This document shows, piece by piece, positions 12,289 to 23,900 of a DNA stretch of 64,000 nucleotides. How positions within the stretch are numbered: position 1 is the first letter of the stretch; every line of letters starts with the position of its first letter. The stretch lies in NCBI GenBank assembly GCA_013239625.1, contig MU054338.1:2482977-2546976 (forward strand), given 5' to 3'. The notes below the pieces were generated by a model. The model was not told where the DNA came from, searched no databases, and saw only the letters and a program-made list of their open reading frames with translations. The position numbers were made by a program, and so were the translations under genes. The DNA comes from Lama guanicoe (taxonomy: Eukaryota).

Positions 12289-14457
12289 ATCTACCAGGTG
12301 GGGGTGCCCAGGGCTGGGGATCAGGGACTGGGGCCTAGCGTCTGGGGGGCGGGGGAAGCAGCTGAGTCAGTAGCAGAGGCTGCCGCTCCTGCCCAGGCTC
12401 CCTGCCCCAAGTGTGAAGGGAGAGTCCCCACACTCCTTCTCTGCCTGCCTTGAAAGGTCACTGGTCACCTTGCCTTACCTCAATTTTTAATAGCTTTTTA
12501 TTGAGTCCTTTTATTACTGAGATGAAAATTGTGACTTCCTGCCCTCTCTGATTCCTGGGAAATGGCAGGGTTTGGCCTGTACTTCACAGGCCCCAGGTTA
12601 AGAACCCCTCCTGAAATGGGGTAGCAAAAAGCATTTGTTGAGGTTATATGGCAAAGTTTCCGTGTCCTTGTGTGGCACGGCGTGTTCCCTTCTCTCAGGA
12701 AATGTAACAAATCCTCTTTCAATGGCATGACCGCCCCCTGTCGTCAGTCACCTCTATAGATTAAAATCTCACAGGCACAAATGAGGTATTTCTCTTAGAG
12801 TAAGGTGGAGAGGAGAGGCTGAGGATGCGAGGGTTCTGTGCGAGGACCAAGGAAGAGCTTGCAGGGGTGTCAAGCTTACGATGTGGGAGACGAGCCATGG
12901 CCCACCGGGATGAGAATGGGAGCCACACCACCTGTCTTCCAATCCTGCTTGCCGTGGGGCCTTGAGTGAGTCACTTATTCTTTCCTAGCCTTGGTTTACT
13001 CACCTGTAAAATGGGAACACCTACCTCTTCGGATAGCATGACAAACAAGAACTCACATGCTACAGGGCCTCGCACATGGCAGGAGCTCACAGTGCAGCCC
13101 AGGGTTGCGAGATCTTCCAATTTTAAGCAATACCAGAAACTGGGGTTTTTGTAAAGTCTCACAATTTTTAAATACTGGCAACTAATTCAAATATAGCAAG
13201 CAAAAAACCCCACTGCACAAACGGAAGAAAGCAGGAGTGAAACTCAGACGTGGTCTGCAGGCTGCCAATGTTCAACCCCTGACCAAGAGCGAGGAGTGGG
13301 AGTGGTTGTTGACAAACGGGAATAAAAGGTCACAGATTTACTCTTGATAAAGCCACCCCTTAAGCAAGGGGCCTAGGCTTTGCGCTGCCGCCGTCAGAAG
13401 TCACCTGCTACTCACAGGGGGAGTGTGCCATTGCACCAGAAGGCCCAGGGCTGCTGTCCCCACGACAACGAGGTCCCGGTAGGTGCCGCCTGCCCAGGAG
13501 GAAGAGCTGAGGCAGGAAGCTGGGGGCAAAGCATCGGCATCTGCCAATGCAGGAAGAGGGGGACTGAAGTACACCGGTGTGACACAGACTCAGAAGTCCT
13601 GGCTGCTGTCCTTGTCTTTGGGTCCCAGACAAATGTCTTCTGATGGGTTTTTGGTCTGAAGTTTGTTTCGGGGAGTCAGGCTTTCTTGAGTACATCATTT
13701 AGATAAGATTTAGAATGCAAGGCTGGCAAGACCCATTGATATCATTTTGTTCAGAGTTACCTAACTGTGAGGATATGGAGGCCTGGAAATGGAAGGGACT
13801 CGTCTGGGGAGGCCACATTCCCCCACTGAGGGCTCTCTCCGGTGGGACATGCTTGGCTTGCTTCTAAAAGGCCACCATAAAGGACACACTGGACCTTGAG
13901 TGTGGACCTCCCTTCAGAAGGGCACACCGGAGGCATTTACAGGCAGGCGATGAAATGTCTCAAGGATGGTCAGGAGGAAAGACAGGTCATTCTGGGTTTG
14001 CTGTCACAATTATTTCTGTTGCAGACTGCTTTCAGAGAATCATACTCAGTGAGAACACACACAACATCAAAACCATTTAGACTCTGAGAAAAAAATCAAG
14101 TGGAAATAAGATTTTCCTGGACTCAGGGCTGAGGAACCTCTCATAGAGCTCTCCTTTTAAACTGCGGACTTCTCCTTCCAGCACACAGCTCTTTACCCAG
14201 TAATTTATTACCGCTTCTCCTAACACCCACCAAATGGCATAAACCTGACTGGGACTGAATCTGAGGGCCGAGCAGGTGGAAAGCTCGGCCTCGGCGATCA
14301 CCTACTTTGCAGTGCTCAGGCTCAGTTTCCCTGGCACGGCTGTGACGACTCACAGGATTGAGACGTTCAGAGCTTAGATGCTGCACCCTGGAGGGAGATA
14401 CCCGAGGCTCACATGCTCACAAAAGACATTCATCAGGGAGGATATTTTCAAATCTGT

Positions 14458-14463
14458 TTTATT
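14458..14463 (-). terminator. Candidate intronic polyadenylation signal in ZFR2 intron 1
   Basis: Minus-strand AATAAA with upstream TGTA elements and a downstream GT/T-rich element (gaatgtcttttgtgagcatgtg) about 25-50 nt further 3'. Confidence 0.55.
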
Positions 14464-17400
14464 GGCAATAAGGTCACATTTCGGTTACTTTATGTGTATA
14501 CGCATACATACACACCCAGAGAGATTATTTCATTTGGGACTTTGGTTCACAGGGGTTTTATATTCAAAATGTAACATACTATACATTCATACCCATAACA
14601 ATTCTGATTTTTCTAACAGATTTTTTTTTACCGTGAAAGCCTTCTATACATTCTCCATGTGAAATGCCCATTTCAGAGCTGATACTTCCAGAAACCAGCC
14701 TGGAGTGGGGTCTGATGAACTAAATCCTTGGGCTCTTGAGAAGATGATGGCGAATTTCATTCCCCCGTCTCCACCTGCAACCTTCCTTACAATGTAGTCA
14801 GGAGTCTCCAGCTCCCAATCAGACCAGCCTAGCTCTTCAAGACAGCACTGGACTGCTTGTGGTTCCCGAGGCAGGGATTCCAGAGACTGGTGATGGGAGA
14901 CTCCTGAGACTCAAGGGCGAGCCAGATTCTGTTTGGTGGTGGAACCCCAGGAATTCTCTTGTCTTCTGAGGAGGGATATGGTCCTCACATGGAGGGTGGC
15001 TACACGGTTAGCCCCGCTGGTCAGGTGCTTAAGAATGCTGTTTTGATGACACACGCTGGTTAAGCTAAAGAAAAAGCATTATGTACATGGCCTCCTAGAA
15101 GCAGTGCAAGTGAGAGGAGGCCCAACCAGGATCAACACGGCCATGCCCTTTTACTGCCGCGAGCCAAGTGGGTGAGAGGCCACTCTGGGAGCAGTAGAGG
15201 GCTCGTCCATGGTTCCAGCCCTCTCCTGCTGCTTTAAGGGGCATAAAAGCCTCCACAGCCATATCTATGCTGGTCTAGCACGTGTGCCTCTCATGTCAAC
15301 AGAGGGAGGTAGAACTAAACAGCCAATCTGAGTTTCTCATGAGCAAGTACAACAGATGTGAAACCACCAACCCTGGATTCAACAAATGACATTCAAAATT
15401 AAAAAGAAGGCAATGGGTTTTAAAAAAAAAAAACACTCATTCCAAAAGTCTTAGACATTATAGCTCATTTTATTCCCAAACAGCAAAAACTCACCAAGGA
15501 GTTAACCTTAGATAATGGAACTGACTTTCCAAACTACAAAATGCTACAGAAACAAAGCAAAGCAATTCTCAGTTCTTAGTCAACAGTTAATCTAAAAAGG
15601 CAAGCGGACAACTGATGTGCCACAAATGCAACTTATCCTTGGGGGGAAGAAAACCTGCCCAAAGCAAAGTATCTACCAAAAAGAGAAGTCCTGTTCCCCT
15701 AAAATGAAATTTCTACCTTAAAAAAAAAACCTGGCAACCTTAGAATTATCCTCTAACACAAGTGTAAGAGAAAAGGACAGGCAGAGGATGTCAGTCCCCA
15801 GCTGGTGGTGGGTACCTTGGTACAAGAGACAGAACAAGGGAACTATTACCAACCAGTTAGACCTTGGGTGGTGCCAAAACTCTGTTCTACCAAGATTCTA
15901 GAATACTCTATGAGTAAACAGCACACATCAGATTTAAGGTGCCACAGACATGAAAAAGGACATACAAAAAAGAGAGAGAGAGAGAGAAACAAGCCAAAAA
16001 ACTCTGTGCTTTGTCAAATTTTCCTAATTTTGTTTTGAATCAGTCAGCATTCCTTGCCTTAATGTATAAGCTGTCTCAACAGCTCAGAGCTGTGATGAAA
16101 ACAAAAACTGGTATTAACTTAACACATACACACACAAACACAAAAACCCAGAGCCTTCTTAATCGACTAAAACCAGTCAAAACGGAGGACTCCTCCTTCC
16201 AGTTAGGATATGTATTATATCTTTTAATTATCAAATAATCTATATCTTCAACATTATCCTTCTATGATTAAACATATTAAGAACACAAAGCAGAGGTCAC
16301 AAAGTGGACGCAAGTGTCATTTGTCCCACATAGTCTGAATTTGGTTCTGGTATTTGAAACTTGGAGGATTTCACATAGAATGGGGAGTGTGAGTTCTCTA
16401 GGAAACTGGGAAAGCCTGCCACTCTGGGTTCAGTCTTATGTCTCAGTGACAAGTGGGGGGAGTGGGGGGTGCAGGGTCTTTTTTGATCTCCCCCCATACA
16501 CCCCCTACCATCTTAAACTCCTTTCATTCATGCACGTCTGGCCCTTAGAAGGCCATCTGCAATCCCAGATCTCAAGTATCACAAACTTTCAGTTTACTAA
16601 TATAAAATAAGGAATGAATACAAGGTTTATAATACCCTTTCAATACACTTTCCTTACTTTTCCAGGACTACTCAGTTACTCATTCAGATAAATGGTCTTT
16701 GTCCCCTTACCTCCATAACCATATAAAAGAACACCATTACACTCACGTGAAAAAATAATTTTAAAGAATCATTTGAAAATGCTTTTAAATTTTATGTATT
16801 TGTTCTGATCACTCTAACTACCCATGTTGGTAGATCCAGACAAAAAACAAAATATAAAATAAAACTGAAAAATTCAGAAACGTAATATACTCTGATATTG
16901 ACAAGTTGACTTTTGGTTCTATAATGGATAAAGTGAAAATTCAAAATTCACACTTTAAAAATTTTAATGTACCTAATATACTTGTGATAGGAACTAAGCA
17001 TAGTTCTGTCATTTGAAAGATTTTCCTTAAAATATACAGATACCAGGTTTCATTTGCAGTTGAGAGCTGCCACCCAAAATGGCCTTCCAAGCAATGACTC
17101 CCTTCAGTCAATCCCTAGCAGGTATTTCAGCCATACTGAGATGGGCATTTTAAAAAACAACAGCCACCACAGTCTAACAGGGAAACTCCTGTGTCTTGCT
17201 CGCCCAGGGTCCACTTCCAGGCAGTAAATGGAAGGTGCTGCTTAGCTGCAGTCCCTGTCACAGGGCCAATTCAGACTTGGCCACAGGTTCTCACAAGCCC
17301 CTCTCTCCCGCTTTTGGGTGCAGTGGTGGGTGCAGCCCAGCCCCTGAGGCAGTGACACCAGATTCTCCTAGGTAGCTATGCTCCTGGGACCTAAGTTCAG

Positions 17401-19432
17401 GGGACGGACAGGCCTCGGAGGGTAAGGTTCGCTCTAGAAGGGCCTGGAGACCTGGGGTGGGGAGGGGTGCAGGAAATGGAGGCCTGGGGATGATCAGGAC
17501 CAGTCTGAATCTGACTTCAGCCGCTCCTAACTGAACAGGGGGCTCCCACTTGGGGGTGTTAACGGGAGCTTTCCTGTATGCATGGGGCTGCCTGTGCCGC
17601 TCCCCACGGCTGGCAAGGGCTCTGGTGCCTTTCCCAAGCTATCTGAAGTATCTGGAGCCTCTAAGAGGGAGTTTTGAGAGACACAGGCTGGGTCACTGTT
17701 ACCATCCCAATGAGGCCAGACCAGATACTTCCTCAGCTTCCTCACTCTTGGAGGGTAATTTCTCAAGATGTGAAGAATGTGGCTCTAAACTATAATCTGA
17801 CTAGGACCCAAATTAAAGGGACAGGATCCAGGCATCAGTGTAAAGAATGGCGGAACCCAGTCTCCACCGGCAGGCCCCCCTGCTAAGTGGCTGTGCTCAG
17901 GCTAGGTCTGCCACAAGTGCCTCCCTAGGCTCAAGCATGCCCCACCCTGGGGCAAGGGCACGGCCTGGGAGCCAGGCGGCCCGCATGCCTAGCCGGACCC
18001 CACCACTTAGAACACGAGGGATCCTACACCAGTTACTGAGCCCTAAGCCTCGTCTCCTCACCAGCAAAACGGGCATCAAAATACCTACCTCACAGGATTA
18101 CTAGGAGGACTTGACAAGATATCAAGTGCCTGGGACTTTCACAGCACAGAGCATTGGTAACCAGCACTTTTTATTATTACCCACCACAAAGAGAGTTTGA
18201 TGGAGTTCCAACCAGGCTGCCAACTTCCTGACACTGTCCAGATGAAGGAATTCAGCTATTAAAATTTATGTCAAAAGTTTGTTAATATAGAGCTTCTCCT
18301 GACAGGAAATCAAGTCTTACACCAAAATCCAGCAATCACCTTATTTATATTTAACAAGAACGCAAAGGAAGAGGTAGCCAGCTACACTAGATGGGTAGAA
18401 TTTTGACAAAACTGCCAGAAAGGAAATGGAAAGCAGACCTCGCCAGCCTGTCTTGCTCTGCCAGTGGGGACCTCCAGCACACAGCTCTGAGTGCTCCATG
18501 TTTTCACTACCAACATGACTTCACTCACACAGAGCCCTGTTGGATTTCTTGAGCAACTGTCAGCCTTACAAATGAAAACTGCATTCACTGCTAATTAAAT
18601 GCACTGTCAGATTCAATTTTTCACATGGGATTAATCCTTAATTCTGAATATTTGCAACACTAACTCTAACTTTTAAAAAGCCTTATAAGATTTAGAAGAC
18701 CATATGAAGTAAAATAAATGAAAACTATCATTATTAACAAGTAATTGTAAACCTGTCTTATACCTTTAAGAGTGAATGTATATCCAATTCTTACTGACCA
18801 AGAATTTTAAAACAATTCAGATTCCAACCCCATTTATGAATGACAAACTATGCAATATTCCTATCCAGGGCTATAGCTACCAATTTTAAAAGCCAAGAAC
18901 ACCTATGCAAAATTCCTCTAAGAAATAAACTGTTGTCTTTGCTTTGGTAATTTATGAAATGGGCTTTGTAAATAGTGTTATCCAAATACTACCATAAAGT
19001 TGGTATTCACAAATCTGTTATCTGATCAGGTTTTCCATGACACATTGTATAAGAAATACATACTTTGAAAGCAGCTGAAGTTTCCAAGCAAAAGTCATTT
19101 CCCCAAAAACAGAATGTCTGGTTAACTTAAAACCATTCAGATAATGCAGATTATCTTGTTTCAAGGTTTTGTGAGACTGAAATTTATTTTGCTATGATTC
19201 TCATGTTTTAGTTTTAGTTAAATCTCTTCTCTCAAGGAAGAAACCACACTCTTGGGTACAATTCTAAAGACACAGACTAATTTGACATTGAGTTCATGGT
19301 AGTTTAATACCCTTAGTTACGTGAGTGTTTACTGTATCACCTAAGTCATCAGAATACACACAATAGCTGGGCCAAAATGTATACGCACATTAATTCAAAT
19401 AACAAAAATATCTACTGAAGCACAGCAATTAC

Positions 19433-19531
19433 CTAGCTGAACAGTGTAAATACGCAATTTCTCCTCTGGAAGGTAATCGTAATAGAAAGCCCAATATTCA
19501 AATAGTTTTCCATATCTGAGTAAAGAATGCA
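19433..19531 (-). other. Candidate alternative (stop-containing) exon in ZFR2 intron 1, 99 nt
   Basis: About 50-nt pure pyrimidine tract ending ttcttcag, donor TAG|gtaatt. In-frame TGA at 19498-19500 when spliced to exon 1. Confidence 0.55.
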
Positions 19532-20893
19532 CTGAAGAAAGAGAGAAAAAAGAGAAAGAGAAAAGAGAGAAAGAAAAGAAAGAAGTGGCAGCAAGCAGGC
19601 AAAGGGGTGAAGCATTTCCAAAAGGGCGCGATCTCTGACAGCCTGGCCGAGCCCTGATGCTCCCTAAGCACTGGAGTTCAGAATACCACCAAGGATGATG
19701 GAAACAGGGGAGGATAACATAGAATGTAACACACTATTCCAGAAAACAGCAGGCCAGAAATTCCTTCCCTGATAGAAAATTCCTGACCAGCCAGCACTAC
19801 ACCTTACAGACCACTCTGGATGCAGAAAACGTGAGGAGCTCTCCTAATTTCCACAACCCTTGCTTCCAAGCCCTGACCTATTTCCTTCTGATCCCAAAAG
19901 AAAGAACACGGCAGCATCACAAGGACAGGGTAGAAGAGGTGGCACTAACTTTCCACTAGTCTTGCCTATTTTCAGTGTGCTGAAATAGAGTGTGAATGAA
20001 ACCTGCAACACAGACCCCAGTGTAGCAGCAGCCTCTCAGTATCTAAGGGGTGGTTCGAATCCAGCCTGTGAGAAACCGGCCCCAGAGGTTCTGCCAGGCC
20101 AGCAGTTGGAAACTGACACTAGGGCAATAAATGAAAACAATGTGGGGAGGGGGGCACTTCCCCCAGTTATGCCAGCCCTGCATCCCTGCCTGGGAACTGG
20201 TCTTGAGTGCCAGGCTGCAGGGCTGAGGCAGCAGAGAGGCTCGGAGGAGAAGACTTGGAGAGTGGTGTGTGTGGAGGGGCTGTTTGTACATCTGATGTAC
20301 ACAGATCCCTCCTTCCCCTGGCTGCTTCCCTCACCTCCATCTCTTCTCCAGGCTCCTTTCTCTCCCCTCCCAAACGTTTGGGTCCCTATTACTCGATCTC
20401 AAATATCCAAACGCCTACTCCCTTCAGTTTTGAGGTCCCAGGTCCCTCAACCCCTCCTTACTGTTCCCCCCTCCTCCAGGAGCCCACTCTCCCATTGGGT
20501 CTCAAGACTTCCCTCAGGTCAAGACTGCTACCCTCTTGAGTTTCTGCCCGACCCCCTAGTCAGACCTCAATCCCTCTCCATGTCGCTGCCTCTCCCTCTG
20601 TTACCCTCCCAAATCTGTTCTCTCACACCCGTCCCCCCACCAGGGGTCATACCTCCGAACCCCGCCCCCAGCCAGGCCAGGAACCCTCCCATCTGCTTCC
20701 CTTCCAGTCAAGGGTCAGGTCCCCACATCCACTCCCCCCCTCCCCCGCCGAGGTCTCTGCTCCATCCCCAGCCCCGACAGGTACCCTCCCAGGTCTCCGT
20801 CTTCTCCCCACCCCGCACCCCCGCCAAGTCCGGAGTCTTGACGTGCCGCCGCCCTCCCTCCTTTGCCCTTGCCCCTCCCCCAGCCCGGCCAGG

Positions 20894-21168
20894 NNNNNNN
20901 NNNNNNNNNNNNNNNNNNNNNNNNNNNNNNNNNNNNNNNNNNNNNNNNNNNNNNNNNNNNNNNNNNNNNNNNNNNNNNNNNNNNNNNNNNNNNNNNNNNN
21001 NNNNNNNNNNNNNNNNNNNNNNNNNNNNNNNNNNNNNNNNNNNNNNNNNNNNNNNNNNNNNNNNNNNNNNNNNNNNNNNNNNNNNNNNNNNNNNNNNNNN
21101 NNNNNNNNNNNNNNNNNNNNNNNNNNNNNNNNNNNNNNNNNNNNNNNNNNNNNNNNNNNNNNNNNNNN
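20894..21168. other. Assembly gap (275 N)
   Basis: Run of N in the C-rich 5' part of ZFR2 intron 1. Confidence 1.
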
Positions 21169-21339
21169 CTTTGCCCTTGCCCCTCCCCCACCCTGCCCAG
21201 GTACCCTCCCAGGCCGGTCTTCTCTCCTCCACCTCCTAGGGGCAGCCTCTCCGCTCGTCAGATCTCGACACCCCCTCAGGTACCTGCACCCCTCAGGTAC
21301 CATCCCTCCGACAGGTCCAGGACCCTCTCCCACGTCAGA

Positions 21340-22100
21340 AGCCCCTCCGCTCTCCCCGACAACTCGGAGCCGCGGCCTCCCCGGGGCCGCGGCCGGGCCG
21401 GGCGGCGCCGACGACGCGGGGGCCGTTACCTGTACTGTGAGCCGGCACCCTGCGCGAAGCCGTAATAGTTACTCGCCGCCATCTTGGCTTCTCTTCAGAG
21501 CGTCAGCCGGCCGGGAGGCGCGAAGGGGCGGGGCCGCCGGCGCCTGACGTCATCTGGGCCCGCGCCCCGGCCGCGTGCCGCTCGCGCCCCGCCACGCGCC
21601 CCAGGCCCCGCCCCTCGCGCGAGGCTCGCGCCTTCTCTCTTCTTATTCCGCGTCTGGGGGCGTGTCTCTGCCTGGAGACCGTGTCCTCGAAAGCCCCGCC
21701 CCTTACTCAGAGCTCCGCCTTCCCTCTGGTTGCTCAGCATCCGGGGTCTGCGGCTCGATCCTCCCATCCCCCCGCGACCCAGACCCGGCCCAGTTTCTGT
21801 TCAAGCTCCGCCCCTCGCCGTAAGCCCACCCCTTAACACCAAGCTCCACCGACTCTTGGCAGTTCTGCAGCCGGGGTCTCTTTTTCGAGCCCCGCCGCAG
21901 CCGCCAACCCCGCCCCTTACCGGATCTCAGCCGTTCCTTGAAGCACTCAACTTTGGCGGTTTTACTTTCTTGCGCACTTGGGTGGACTTAATTCCCCCGC
22001 TGACCGCTTCTGGCTGGATGGGTGCGGCCTTATTGATACTCCCAAGTCCTACTTGTCCCTTCTGCAGCCCCCGGGGTGCCGGTCTTTTCGTGGGGCCTTC
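21340..22100. promoter_or_regulatory. CpG-island promoter of ZFR2 with CRE, YY1 motif and GC boxes
   Basis: Dense CpG. Palindromic TGACGTCA at 21545-21552, GCCGCCATCTTG (YY1) at 21475-21486, and several GGGCGG/CCGCCC boxes. Confidence 0.85.
21430..21482 (-). CDS. ZFR2: ZFR2 coding exon 1 (53 nt coding, start codon at 21482)
   Basis: aagATGG Kozak context inside a CpG island. Translates MAASNYYGFAQGAGSQY+AG, donor CAG|gtaacg. The phase-2 end joins exon 2 in frame. Resembles human MATSQYFDFAQGGGPQYS as recalled. Confidence 0.93.
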
Positions 22101-22140
22101 TAAGGGCCGATTCAGCACCTAAAATTGGGTGGTTCTAAAT

Positions 22141-22345
22141 TAGTGGTTCTCAACTGGAGGTTTTTGCCCCCAGGGGACACTGGGCATGTCTGGGGACATC
22201 TGTGGTTGTCACGACTAGGGGTGCTCCCGGCATTAAGTTGGTGGGACCAGGGATGCTGCTCCACATCCCCCAGTGCCCCAGGACGCCTCCCCACCCCAAC
22301 AGAATATCCCAGCCCCAATGTCAGCAGTGCTGAGGTGGAGAAATC
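22141..22345 (+). mobile_element. MER20 DNA transposon
   Basis: agtggttctcaactggaggtttttgccccccaggggacactggg...gccccaatgtcagcagtgctgaggtggagaaatcct. Confidence 0.85.
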
Positions 22346-22514
22346 CTACTCTAAGGGTAATTCATTTGGAAAGGCATTTCGTGATCCACTTACTACAGGT
22401 GGGGCCATCTTGGGGGATGCAGCGGTGAGCTATATGATACCAGTCCTCAGGAACTTAGAATCAGGAAAGCAGATCATATCCAAACTATTAATTATAATAA
22501 TGGTACTCCTTTGT

Positions 22515-23900
22515 TAAGAACAGCTTTATTGAGAGATAATTCACACACCATACAATTCACTCATCTAAGGTGTGCAATTCAGTGGTTTTTAGTACATCCC
22601 CAAAGTTGTGCAACCATCACCACTAGTTCCAGAATATTTTCATCACCCCAAGAAGAAACCCTGTACCCCTTAACAGTCACTCCCCACCCCTCCTGCCTCA
22701 GCCCCTGACCACCACTGGTTTGCTTTCTGTCTCTAGGATTTGCCAGTTCTGGACATTTCATATAAATGGATTATTATTCAACAATGAAAAGGAATGAACT
22801 CTTGATATATACCACAACTTGGATAAGGCTCTCGAGAATTATGCTGAGTGGAAAAAGCCAGTGGCAAAGATCACATGCTCCTAGGATTCTATTTACATAA
22901 AATTCTTGAATGGTCAAAATTATACAGATAGAGAACATATCTGTGATTTCCAAGGGTTAAGGACATGGGATGGGGGAATGAGGCATGTAAGTGGCTATAA
23001 AAGGGTAGCATGAGGATCCTGTGGTGATAGAAATGTTCCATATCTGACTGTATCAGAAGCAATAATGCAGCAGCATGGATGGACCTAGAGATCATCATTA
23101 TAAGTGAACTAAGCCAGAAAGAGAAAGAAAAATACCATATGATATCACTGATATGTGGAATCTAAAAAGAATTTAAAAAGAGGACACTAGGGTGGTGGGA
23201 ACAGACAGACTGGGATTTCAAAATGTAGAATAGATAAACAAGATTGTACTGTATAGCACAGGGAAATACATACAGGATCTTGTGGTGGCTCACAGCGAAA
23301 GAGAATGTGACTAAGAATATATGTATGTTCATGTATAACTGAAAAATTGTGCTCTACACTGGAATTTGACACAACATTCTAAAATGACTATAACTCAATA
23401 AAAAATGTTAAACTTTAAATAAATAGATAAATAAATAATAAAAAGAGGACACTAATGAATTCATCTACAAAACAGAAACAGACTTGCAGACAGAGTAAAC
23501 TATCTTTTGGTTACTGGGGAAAGGGGGGAAGGGATAAATTTGGGAGTTTGAGATTTGCAAACATTAGCCATCATATATAAAAACAGATTTAAAAAATTTC
23601 TTCTGTATAGCACAAGGAACTATATTCAATACCTTGTAATAACCTTTAATGAATACAAACATGAAAATGAATATATGTATGTATATGCATGACTGGGACA
23701 CTGTGCTGTACAGCAGAAATTGACACATTATAACTGACTGTACTTCAATTAAAAAAAAGCATAGTGATCTTGTACTATAGCTTTGTGAGATGTTACCATT
23801 GGGTAACATGGTGGAAAAAGATACATGGGATGTTTCTGTATTTTTTTTTACAACCACGTGTGAATCTACAATCATTTTAAATGTTTTAAATTAATTCTTT
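22515..23900. mobile_element. Cluster of nested LINE-1 fragments (minus-strand L1M at 22515-22770; plus-strand L1 3' ends afterwards)
   Basis: cagctttattgagagataattcacacacc; gcagcatggatggacctagagatcatcatt; two ctgtatagcaca.ggaa L1 3'UTR copies with A-rich tails. Confidence 0.85.

Noticed and set aside
12495..12516. Two further minus-strand AATAAA hexamers
   Set aside because: The context (ttttaatagctttttattgag) resembles an L1 tail remnant, and there is no clear downstream GT-rich element.
13408..13698. 96-aa minus-strand ORF in ZFR2 intron 1
   Set aside because: No recognisable homology and no convincing acceptor. The length is expected by chance.
19250..19355. Possible C/D snoRNA (TGATGA on the minus strand at about 19346-19351)
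   Set aside because: No CTGA D box or terminal stem at an appropriate distance.
19992..21547. Long ORFs (up to 415 aa) spanning the N gap
   Set aside because: Artefacts of N bases and low-complexity C/G-rich sequence.
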